Shown one piece after another: positions 1 to 7,115 of a stretch of DNA of 16,572 nt. The DNA comes from Candidatus Hermodarchaeota archaeon (lineage in GTDB: Archaea > Asgardarchaeota > Hermodarchaeia > Hermodarchaeales > Hermodarchaeaceae). Every line of letters starts with the position of its first letter. The first letter of the stretch is position 1. Where the stretch lies: the NCBI GenBank assembly GCA_016840065.1, contig JAEOTB010000052.1:1-16572 (forward strand). Direction: 5' to 3'. A program made the translations under genes and the position numbers. Under the pieces are notes generated by a model. It had not been told where the DNA came from, made no database searches, and was given only the letters and a program-made list of their open reading frames with translations.

Positions 1-235
1 AGACCGCAAAGACAACCGGGGCGGTTGCGATGAAATGCTGTTTCAGCGCAGCAATTGCTAGTTCATCTTTTACTTCTTGATTTTTGACCACGATGACTCG
101 CCAAGGCTGTTTGTTGCCTCCACTGGGGGCAGCGACCATCACCTCGAGGAGTTGCTGGATTTGTTCTTCAGTGACTGGTTTGTTGGTGAAAGAACGGACA
201 CTCACCCTAGTTAGTAGAGCTTCGATTGCATCCAT
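1..235 (-). CDS. Nitroreductase family protein (5' part; runs off the window start)
   Basis: Not in the ORF track. Manual translation from the ATG at 235 gives MDAIEALLTRVSVRSFTNKPVTEEQIQQLLEVMVAAPSGGNKQPWRVIVVKNQEVKDELA..., with the nitroreductase RxSxRxF and APSxxNxQPW motifs; GAGGT SD just upstream. Confidence 0.92.
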   Translation of the reverse strand, partial: MDAIEALLTRVSVRSFTNKPVTEEQIQQLLEVMVAAPSGGNKQPWRVIVVKNQEVKDELAIAALKQHFIATAPVVFAV

Positions 236-259
236 GATAGTTGACCTCGATTCACAATT

Positions 260-526
260 CTATTCGATTTTGTATACAATATCTCCTGGGCTGACTTTAT
301 CCTTAACTTTGAGTCCAATAACCTTTCCTGCTTCAGCAGATTCTATATCTTCCTTGTCAATTTGCATTGACTCTATTTTCTGCTTGAAATCGGTATCGGT
401 ACCTTTGATCGTGATTTCATCCCCAATTTGTAGAGGCTCTGAAAGTTCTATGACGCAAAGCCCCATACCGGCATGGAAGTTTCTCACCTTGCCAACCTTT
501 ACTTGTCGCTCCTTTCCTTCACTCAA
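260..526 (-). CDS. Small translation-elongation-factor-like beta-barrel protein (EF-Tu domain II / peptidase U32 C-terminal-like)
   Basis: VGKVRNFHAGMGLCVIELSEPLQIGDEITIKG..TDFKQKIESMQID..IESAEAGKVIGLKVKDKVSPGDIVYK is typical of this small archaeal family. Start placed at TTG 526, downstream of an AGGTGA SD; the ORF track uses GTG 535. Confidence 0.75.
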   Translation of the reverse strand: MSEGKERQVKVGKVRNFHAGMGLCVIELSEPLQIGDEITIKGTDTDFKQKIESMQIDKEDIESAEAGKVIGLKVKDKVSPGDIVYKIE

Positions 527-556
527 AGAAATCACCTATTCTCTTGTTTTGTAGTA

Positions 557-2020
557 TCAAACGTGCTTTAGTATCTCTTGGAGGTTGCTCATTAGGATTT
601 GCTGCCACTTGGAGTACTGCTTGTCATATGTCTCTTTGTTGCTTTCATCACAGGTATGTACCTGTTTTATATGAACCATTTCCTTGACCGCTTTTTCTAC
701 GGTTTGGTGTAGATTGGTTCCAACTGAAGCCAGAATCGCAGCTCCTAAGGCTGTTCCTTCATCTACTTGGGTGTATAGGGATTTCCTCCCTGTTATATCG
801 CATTGAATCTGACGCCATAATTCAGACCTAGCTCCACCGCCATCTAGGCGTAATTCTTGGATATTTACACCGGCACCAAAGCTAGTATCTATCATAAAGC
901 GAGCTGCATAGGCGGCACCTTCTAGTATGGCGCGAGCAATGTGAGCGCGGGAATGCTGGAACCCCATCCCATGTAAGATGCCTAGACTGAAGGTGAAGAA
1001 TGGGAAGAGCACTAACCCGTCGCAGCCAGGTGGCGCATTGGATGCTAGTTCGCAAATCACATCGTATGGGTCTCGACCAACGCGTTCAGCAACTGTCTTC
1101 TCTACATGACCGAACTCATCACGGAACCATCTAAGAACAGCTCCAGTGCCAGGTAGAACACCTTCAAGCACCCATTGGTTTGGTAGTACATGTGGGTGAC
1201 AGAATAGCGCACCCATAGGATCCTTGGTCTCCTTCTCAACAGGTGTGACTACAAAAGTACCAGTTCCCGTTGTCCCTTTTGCTACACCTTTCTCTAGTAC
1301 TCCTAACCCGACGACTGAGCATTGCTGATCGCCTCCACCAGCTACAACTGGTGTTCCCGCGGCTAGCCCAGTTTGTTTGGCTGCTTCTCGGGTAAGCTCT
1401 CCTAGGATGCTACCTGATTTGATTATTTTTGGCCAGAGAGAAGTGGGTAGTCCTAGTTCATCGCCCAGCTGGTCTGAGAGTTTCCAGCTTTGCCTGTCAA
1501 GAATTCCAAAAACATGATTCGATAAATCAGAGCCCAATACGCCGCTGAGGCGTTGATAGAGGAAAGCGTCGGGGGTGGCGAATTTGTGTGTTTTGGCAAA
1601 AACCTTCGGTTGTTTATCCTTGATCCATAGGGCGCGGCGAACACTGGTCCGTTGCTTTATCTGCTCTGCATGTTTCTCCGCTGAAGGAGATATTCGGGTG
1701 TCCATCCAGGTTATAGCCCGTGCCAGCGCTTTTCCACTGGCATCTAGTGGTACAAGTGTTGCTCTTTGTGTAACAACGGAAACTGCAGCTATTTCCTTGG
1801 GATCGATTTTTCCTGGCTTTAGGATTTCCTGCATTGTTTCCCGGGTTGTCCGCCACCAATCCTCTGTATCTTGCTCTGACTGGCCATGCTCCACTGCTAC
1901 TGTAGGGAATTCACGATAAGCCTTGACTACTTCCCTTCCCTGAGGATCAAATAGAACCGTTCGATTTCCTGTTGTTCCGAGATCGACGACACATATTAAC
2001 TGGTTGTTTTTTGAACTCAA
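557..2020 (-). CDS. FGGY-family carbohydrate kinase (xylulokinase/glycerol kinase-like)
   Basis: Motifs VDLGTTGNRTVLFD, EQD, TQRAT, AITWMDTR, GGGDQQCS, TGTGT, RAILEG, DGGGARSELWRQIQCDITG and EGTALGAAILA. Start placed at TTG 2020 after a GGAGGT SD; the longer ORF (to 2188) overlaps the opposite ORF. Confidence 0.92.
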   Translation of the reverse strand: MSSKNNQLICVVDLGTTGNRTVLFDPQGREVVKAYREFPTVAVEHGQSEQDTEDWWRTTRETMQEILKPGKIDPKEIAAVSVVTQRATLVPLDASGKALARAITWMDTRISPSAEKHAEQIKQRTSVRRALWIKDKQPKVFAKTHKFATPDAFLYQRLSGVLGSDLSNHVFGILDRQSWKLSDQLGDELGLPTSLWPKIIKSGSILGELTREAAKQTGLAAGTPVVAGGGDQQCSVVGLGVLEKGVAKGTTGTGTFVVTPVEKETKDPMGALFCHPHVLPNQWVLEGVLPGTGAVLRWFRDEFGHVEKTVAERVGRDPYDVICELASNAPPGCDGLVLFPFFTFSLGILHGMGFQHSRAHIARAILEGAAYAARFMIDTSFGAGVNIQELRLDGGGARSELWRQIQCDITGRKSLYTQVDEGTALGAAILASVGTNLHQTVEKAVKEMVHIKQVHTCDESNKETYDKQYSKWQQILMSNLQEILKHV

Positions 2021-2246
2021 AACTAGACCTCCAGCGTAAAACGTACCTTCCCTTGGGTTAAAGCCCCCAATAAGGCTTTTGAGAATAACTGACGCCCCCG
2101 TCATAAGTCCTTTCCATTCGAAAATACCCTGCCAAACCTTTACTTTATGTTTAAGTTCTAGAGTTACCATCATTAGATTGTTGAGCAAACCTTATCTGGT
2201 TCATAGACTCAACAATATAGTGAGTGTCTCCACGGACATGATTGTC

Positions 2247-3797
2247 ATGACTGAAGAAGCTTCTAGCCGTCGCCAACAATCAGAGGCATTGAAACGTCAA
2301 ATTGATGCTCTCGCAATGGATCTAATCTCAGCCCTAGACCTGCTAACCAGGGACTTGCAGCGTAGCCTACTCAGCCTGGCGGACCTTGTTGAAGAGAGGA
2401 TGGACGCCATTGGCTTCGGAAGGCTTTCTGGTCCAGTTGTGCATAGTATTCAAGAGGGAGTTAAAACAGAGGCGAAGCGTTTTGGCGAGAAGGCTCGTGA
2501 GAAGATTAAGGAGATTATGGAGAAGAAGGCAGAAATTGCTGGGTCTGCAGATGTGCTGGGTGCTTGGAAACCGATGACCGCTGAGGAGCGGGGAGCCCGT
2601 CAACGTCAACTCCAGGGGGAAATTGAAGCGAGAGAGAAGTCTCAGAAGGAACTAGAAGCCGAGTTGGCAGAGGCGCGAGTGCAACTATTAGAATTGCAAA
2701 GCAGAATTCAAGCTCTATCAACTCAAGATGGTCAGAGAATCGATACTCTAGTTTCAACCGCAGAAGAACTTCAAGAACAGGTTAGAGGGCTTGAAGCACA
2801 ACTAGAAGAGGAGAGAAGGAACGCTAGTAAGATCACAGAAGAACGGGATTATGCCCAAGAGCAGCTCCAACCCCTTGAGGCCCATTTACAGCGAGCAAGA
2901 GAACGAATCACCGTTTTGGAAGCAGACCTGTTGTTAACTCGTGAGCGGGTCACCACACTAGAGAAAGAGGGAACACAAGCCTCCTCCTTATCCGAGCAAA
3001 TAGGAGAATTACAGGCTGAACGCCAACGAATGAGTTCAGAGCTAGCCACCTCCCAGGAGGAGAAACAGCTTCTAGAAAGACAGGTCGCAGAATTACAGAG
3101 AGATTTAGAAGAGGTTAGACAACAACTTGTCACAACAGAGCAGACAGGTGGTGAATGGGGAGCTCGTGTCGCAGAGCTTGAAAAGCAGGTCCAAGAACTG
3201 ACCGAGTTGAGAGAGACTCATCTTCAACGCATAGCGGAGCTGGAAGCGCAGTTAGCAGACGCCTTGAGAAGATTGGATGAAATCCAAGCAAGTGATAGAG
3301 AAGCTCAGTTGATGGAGGAGAAAGCTAAGCTAGAGGAAGTCAATAGGCTTCTTAAAGCCGAAAATGTTCAGCTGGAACAGGAACTAGAACAAACTCAGCA
3401 AAGATTGGTTGAAACGCAGGAACAAATTGTTGAACTAGCCGAGGCACGAGAGCGGTTAAGGTGGATGGAAAGCCGTGAAAAAGTTCGCAACATTCTGCTA
3501 CAGAAGAATCAACTGTATACTATCCTGACGCGACTGGCAAGCCTAATAATGGAGGGCAAATATATCTGCTCATCTACTGAACTCGGTTACAGTTCCAGTT
3601 CAGGTATCTCCCTTGCAGCCTGGCTAGACAGACACTTCCTAGAATTAGAAGAGGATGGACTAGTAATCATCCATCGCCAAGCTGGCGGAGGAATGCCATC
3701 AGCTTCCATCGAAGTGACTGAGAAAGGACGTCAAATCTTCGAAGAAGCGATGGAAACCGAGGCCGTGACTAGCCCTGCGAAAACAGCTGAACCATAG
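2247..3797 (+). CDS. Long coiled-coil protein with a C-terminal winged-helix-like domain
   Basis: About 300 residues of E/Q/L/R-rich heptads (RVAELEKQVQEL, RIAELEAQL, QVAELQRDL). The C-terminus ...LDRHFLELEEDGLVIIH...SIEVTEKGRQIFEE matches the wHTH 'L..GLV...LTEKG' pattern. Start ATG 2238 or 2247 is more plausible than 2079. Confidence 0.8.
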   Translation: MTEEASSRRQQSEALKRQIDALAMDLISALDLLTRDLQRSLLSLADLVEERMDAIGFGRLSGPVVHSIQEGVKTEAKRFGEKAREKIKEIMEKKAEIAGSADVLGAWKPMTAEERGARQRQLQGEIEAREKSQKELEAELAEARVQLLELQSRIQALSTQDGQRIDTLVSTAEELQEQVRGLEAQLEEERRNASKITEERDYAQEQLQPLEAHLQRARERITVLEADLLLTRERVTTLEKEGTQASSLSEQIGELQAERQRMSSELATSQEEKQLLERQVAELQRDLEEVRQQLVTTEQTGGEWGARVAELEKQVQELTELRETHLQRIAELEAQLADALRRLDEIQASDREAQLMEEKAKLEEVNRLLKAENVQLEQELEQTQQRLVETQEQIVELAEARERLRWMESREKVRNILLQKNQLYTILTRLASLIMEGKYICSSTELGYSSSSGISLAAWLDRHFLELEEDGLVIIHRQAGGGMPSASIEVTEKGRQIFEEAMETEAVTSPAKTAEP

Positions 3798-3897
3798 TTC
3801 TCAAATCAATAAAAAGGGGTTCGCAGCTGTGGGTGCTTTACGCTCATCCATACCACAGATATGGATATCAAGTCCAACAAGCCAGGTAGTACTGGGG

Positions 3898-3905
3898 TTA
3901 ATATA
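3898..3905 (+). promoter_or_regulatory. Putative archaeal TATA box (TTAATATA) for the downstream non-coding RNA
   Basis: TATA-like element ending 22 nt before the first base (3928) of the omega-RNA-like scaffold, the spacing expected for an archaeal transcription start. Confidence 0.55.
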
Positions 3906-3927
3906 GCGTTTTGAGAAGATCTTCTTT

Positions 3928-4098
3928 GTCGCCGCTAGTTGGGCGGAGACCCTAAACGCCTGTCTAGAGACGGGAGGTTACAGCTCCTCAAGGAGTAGTG
4001 CCCGTTGATGAAGCAGGAACCAAACACCAACAAGGACCCCTCGTCCTATTTGAGTAAGTTTTGGACAACGGTTTCCCAGTGTCTGAGCGAGACACTGG
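3928..4098 (+). ncRNA. Orphan IS607-type TnpB omega-RNA (reRNA)-like scaffold (3928-4071) plus 3' putative guide/hairpin (4072-4098)
   Basis: Recalled IS607 tnpB 3'-end hallmarks: GTCGCCGCTAGTTGGGCGGAGACCCTAAACGCCTGT...GATGAAGCAGGAACC...GTAAGTTTTGGACAACGG. The vestigial frame reads VAASWAETLNACLETGGY, like TnpB C-terminal tails. Visible helices: CCGCT/GGCGG, CCTG/CAGG, GACGGG/CCCGTT with a GA..GAT-GA K-turn, GCTCC/GGAGT, AGGAC/GTCCT, and a loop GTTG(3938-41):CAAC(4066-69) pseudoknot. Confidence 0.7.
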
Positions 4099-4121
4099 CT
4101 ACTTTTCTTTCCCTTTTGTTT
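4076..4121 (+). terminator. Perfect 9-bp hairpin followed by a T-rich tract
   Basis: CCAGTGTCT(4076-84)-GAGCG-AGACACTGG(4090-98), then CTACTTTTCTTTCCCTTTTGTTT. Confidence 0.6.
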
Positions 4122-4168
4122 GCTTATAGGTGATGAGGTGAGTAGTGTATGGGCATCCCTTCACAGAG

Positions 4169-4200
4169 TTTATATCCACTCCCTCGAATAAATCAGGTGA
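4169..4200 (+). promoter_or_regulatory. TATA box (TTTATAT) and AGGTGA SD of the ThiF/MoeB gene
   Basis: TTTATAT at 4169-4175, AGGTGA at 4195-4200, ATG at 4209. Confidence 0.5.
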
Positions 4201-4208
4201 AATCAGTA

Positions 4209-5252
4209 ATGGGTTTAAAGCGTAACACAAGATACAGCAGGTTCACAGTACTCTCTGATGTTGGAGAAGAGGGGTTACATCGTTTACGTCAGGCTAGGGT
4301 TGCTGTTGTGGGGGTAGGAGGGCTCGGATGTGTTTCGGCGCTACAGCTAGCTTCGCTTGGTATTGGTGTGCTACGCATAGTTGACAGAGACATTGTTGAA
4401 ATCTCCAACCTTCAGCGTCAACACCTATACACCGATGAAAGTGTTGGACTCCCTAAAGTCGAGGCAGCTCAGCAAAGACTAGAGAAGCAGAACCCTGACA
4501 TTACTGTGGAAGCTATGGCGCTGTCAGTCACTGAAACAACAGCAGAGCGAATCGTAGAGGGGATGGATATCATAATTGATGGATTAGATCGCTTCGCACC
4601 TAGATACGCCTTGAATCGTGCTTGTGTGAAACAAAAGATACCATATGTTTTCGCAGGCGCACTAGCAGCCTCTGGCAACATGACAACCATAGTACCTGGG
4701 GAAACCCCTTGCCTAGAGTGCTTCTTAGGAGATGTTGATGACGAACAACCTACTTGTGCGACTGTGGGAATCTACCCTACAATTCTTGGGGTTATTGGGA
4801 ATCTGCAGGTTCATGAAGCTCTGCGTCTAATCCTCGGAAGGCCACTACAACTTGCTAATAGGCTTCTCTACTTCAACATCGAGACCCTAGACTTTCACCT
4901 GATTCCAATCTCCATCAACAAGGATTGCCCAGTCTGTGGGGACAATACTGAAGGGAAAGAACTACAGACGGATTTGGATGTTACTGTGACTGAACTGTGT
5001 GATGACCAAACCTTCCTTGTCCATGCACGAGTTCCCGAGGCAATCGATATTGGACGAGCATCGAAGATTCTCAAGAAACATTACAAGATTATCAGCAAGA
5101 GCGCACTTGGCATTCAAATTCAGTTTACAGACAAGATACAAGTCAGTGTTGTTGGTGAGGGGAACATCTTGGTGAAAGGTGTTTCTTCCTCAGAAGAAGC
5201 TGAGGCGATTTACCACCAAATAATCGATTTACTCCGTGAAGCTAACCACTAG
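4209..5252 (+). CDS. moeB: ThiF/MoeB/HesA family E1-like adenylyltransferase with C-terminal extension
   Basis: RYSR, VAVVGVGGLG, DRDIVEISNLQRQHLY, PKVEAA, Zn ligands CLEC and CPVC, catalytic-Cys region PTCATVGI. Start ATG 4209 follows an AGGTGA SD. moeB versus thiF/ubaA specificity is not resolvable. Confidence 0.92.
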   Translation: MGLKRNTRYSRFTVLSDVGEEGLHRLRQARVAVVGVGGLGCVSALQLASLGIGVLRIVDRDIVEISNLQRQHLYTDESVGLPKVEAAQQRLEKQNPDITVEAMALSVTETTAERIVEGMDIIIDGLDRFAPRYALNRACVKQKIPYVFAGALAASGNMTTIVPGETPCLECFLGDVDDEQPTCATVGIYPTILGVIGNLQVHEALRLILGRPLQLANRLLYFNIETLDFHLIPISINKDCPVCGDNTEGKELQTDLDVTVTELCDDQTFLVHARVPEAIDIGRASKILKKHYKIISKSALGIQIQFTDKIQVSVVGEGNILVKGVSSSEEAEAIYHQIIDLLREANH

Positions 5253-5286
5253 ACCACAAGTAGTCGAATCACAGTTTTGGGAATGA

Positions 5287-6564
5287 TTAGCCGCCTGTCA
5301 ATTGTTTTAATGCGTCAATCAATGTCTCTACTTCTTCTGGTAGGTTGAAGTAGTGGAAGCTAGCGCGAATATTCCCGTTGTAAGTGTTCCAGATCCCCAG
5401 GAAGTACATTAGAGGTTGGCAACAGTGGTGCCCTGCTCGAGTGAGGATTTTCCATTTCGCGTCCAAGGCAAGGGAGACATCATGTGACTGCCAATCGAAA
5501 AGATTGAAACAGATAGCACCAACTTTGTCCTCGACGCTATCAGTAGGTCCATAAATCTCCATGTTGGGAACCTCTTGAAGCCCGTCAAGCAATTGTTTTG
5601 TCAAGGCTAGCTCGCGTTGTTCGACTTTACTGACCCCGATTTCGTGAAGATACTCAACCGCCCGGCCCAAACCAATAAGCCCGATGATATTGGGTGTTCC
5701 AGCGTCCCAGCGACGAGCCCTGTGATCTACTCGGAGCATGTAGTCCTCAGCTGTAACGGCGGCTATTGCGCCGCCTCCAATCTCTTCTGGAGACATTCGC
5801 GTAAGGAGTTCTTTATCTACGTAGAGTCCACCAGTCCCAGGTGGTCCTAGAGGGCCTTTGTGTCCACTGAAACCATAAAAGTCGCACCCCATCGCTTTCA
5901 CATCCACAGGTAAGTGTCCAGCACCCTGAGCCCCGTCGATGAAGACAAGGCAGTTGGGATTTATTTTCTTGATTGTGCGTATTATAGCGGCAACATCGTG
6001 TTTTGTACCCATGGAATTGGATGCTTGTTGGAAAGCGACAAATTCGGTGTTTTCATCGACGACTTCTGCAAAGGCCTCTGGTAATAGACGCCCATCCCTT
6101 GTAGGTTCTATGGTGACAAACTGAGCCTTCACATGTTTTGCCAATCGCATCCAAGGCAAGAAATTGGAGTGGTGTTCAAGTATTGTAGTGACTATCTTAC
6201 TTTTCGGAGTCCAGTGGACCAAAGGTGGTGCCATCTTGAACCCAGTACTCCACCTATTCAAGAAAGGATGCTCAAGGGCGTATGCTACAAAGTTCGATGC
6301 TTGGGTTTGGTTACGTGTGAAGATGAACTCCTCAGGGTCACAATGAAGCAGTAACTTAGCGACATTGTTCCGTGCTTTCTCACAAGCTTCAGAAGCTTGG
6401 GCAGCAAGTGAATATGCCCCACGTTCGACATTAGCTCCGTACTCCTCGAGATACTCGGTCATCGCTTCTATGACTGGCTTAGGAACAAGTGTTGTCGCAG
6501 CGTTGTCGAAGTAGATGTACTTTTCTGTGATGGGAAGGTCTCTTCTCATATCCTCTGGTTGCAT
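5287..6564 (-). CDS. sufS: Cysteine desulfurase / selenocysteine lyase, SufS-type (aminotransferase class V)
   Basis: YFDNAATT, EHHSNFLPW, DGAQ, PLP lysine motif SGHKGPLGPPGTG, AGTPNI, catalytic RAGHHC (group II), RASFHYFN. Start ATG 6564 or 6576. Confidence 0.92.
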   Translation of the reverse strand: MQPEDMRRDLPITEKYIYFDNAATTLVPKPVIEAMTEYLEEYGANVERGAYSLAAQASEACEKARNNVAKLLLHCDPEEFIFTRNQTQASNFVAYALEHPFLNRWSTGFKMAPPLVHWTPKSKIVTTILEHHSNFLPWMRLAKHVKAQFVTIEPTRDGRLLPEAFAEVVDENTEFVAFQQASNSMGTKHDVAAIIRTIKKINPNCLVFIDGAQGAGHLPVDVKAMGCDFYGFSGHKGPLGPPGTGGLYVDKELLTRMSPEEIGGGAIAAVTAEDYMLRVDHRARRWDAGTPNIIGLIGLGRAVEYLHEIGVSKVEQRELALTKQLLDGLQEVPNMEIYGPTDSVEDKVGAICFNLFDWQSHDVSLALDAKWKILTRAGHHCCQPLMYFLGIWNTYNGNIRASFHYFNLPEEVETLIDALKQLTGG

Positions 6565-6632
6565 ATAGAACACCACATGAGATGGCTAAATAGCGTAATG
6601 ACGAGACTTAAATTCATATGGCTTCAATATAC

Positions 6633-6646
6633 TTAACAATTGTTAA
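6633..6646. promoter_or_regulatory. Perfect 14-bp palindrome TTAACAATTGTTAA in the divergent promoter; candidate operator
   Basis: Perfect inverted repeat between the divergent desulfurase and HTH regulator genes; overlaps a TTAATA TATA-like element (+) and lies near a TTTAAG element (-; 6607-6612). Confidence 0.55.
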
Positions 6647-6695
6647 TATTACTTGCAACGCCTCACATGGCACGCAAGAATCAATGGTGTTCTTT

Positions 6696-7007
6696 GTGTT
6701 ATCATTTCCCTGTGAAACTGCTGTCTGGAAGACTTTGCCGTCCATCCGAGCAGCATTAGCCCGTGCCCTGATAGTTAGAGGACTCGCTCAGCGCCGAGTT
6801 GCTGAACTTCTAGCCACAACCGAAGCCACGATTTCCCATTATCAAAAAAGAAAACGAGGAAACGCTGTCAAGCTAGAGGGCGATATCCTAGAGGCAATAG
6901 ATACGCTTGCCGACGAACTAACTGCTTCAAAAATTCCAACAGAAGAAGTAAGAGAACGCATCTGCCGTCTTTGTAATAAGGCAACTAAAACCACTGTGAT
7001 TTGCTAG
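6696..7007 (+). CDS. Archaeal HTH transcriptional regulator (COG2522-like) with conserved cysteines
   Basis: FPCETAVWKTLPSIRAALARAL..GLAQRRVAELLATTEATISHYQKRKRG (HTH) and C-terminal ICRLC. Likely start GTG 6696 or ATG 6684, not 6618. Confidence 0.8.
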   Translation: MLSFPCETAVWKTLPSIRAALARALIVRGLAQRRVAELLATTEATISHYQKRKRGNAVKLEGDILEAIDTLADELTASKIPTEEVRERICRLCNKATKTTVIC

Positions 7008-7115
7008 CTATCACGATTTAATAGGTGTTTCAAAGCATTAATTCACTCCTACCAAGCTGACACCAAGCTAAAATAGCAGCACAAATCTAACAGCAATGAT
7101 TCCTTGGTGAAACTG

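Noticed and set aside
2021-2246. Overlapping N-terminal extensions of ORFs 557..2188 (-) and 2079..3797 (+)
   Set aside because: Better starts exist (TTG 2020 with a GGAGGT SD; ATG 2238/2247), so the interval is a divergent promoter region.
3816-3880. Group I intron (IStron) core upstream of the IS607-like right end
   Set aside because: Only vague resemblance (GATATCAAGTCC); no convincing P3/P7 core, too short, and no interrupted host gene.
3950-3957. CCCTAAAC resembling a telomerase template
   Set aside because: Only 8 nt, and it falls within the ETLNAC-coding conserved part of the TnpB-type scaffold.
4006-4086. Box C/D sRNA reading (TGATGA ... CTGA)
   Set aside because: The TGATGA is better explained as the K-turn in the omega-RNA-like scaffold; the CTGA lies in the downstream hairpin and no C'/D' boxes are evident.
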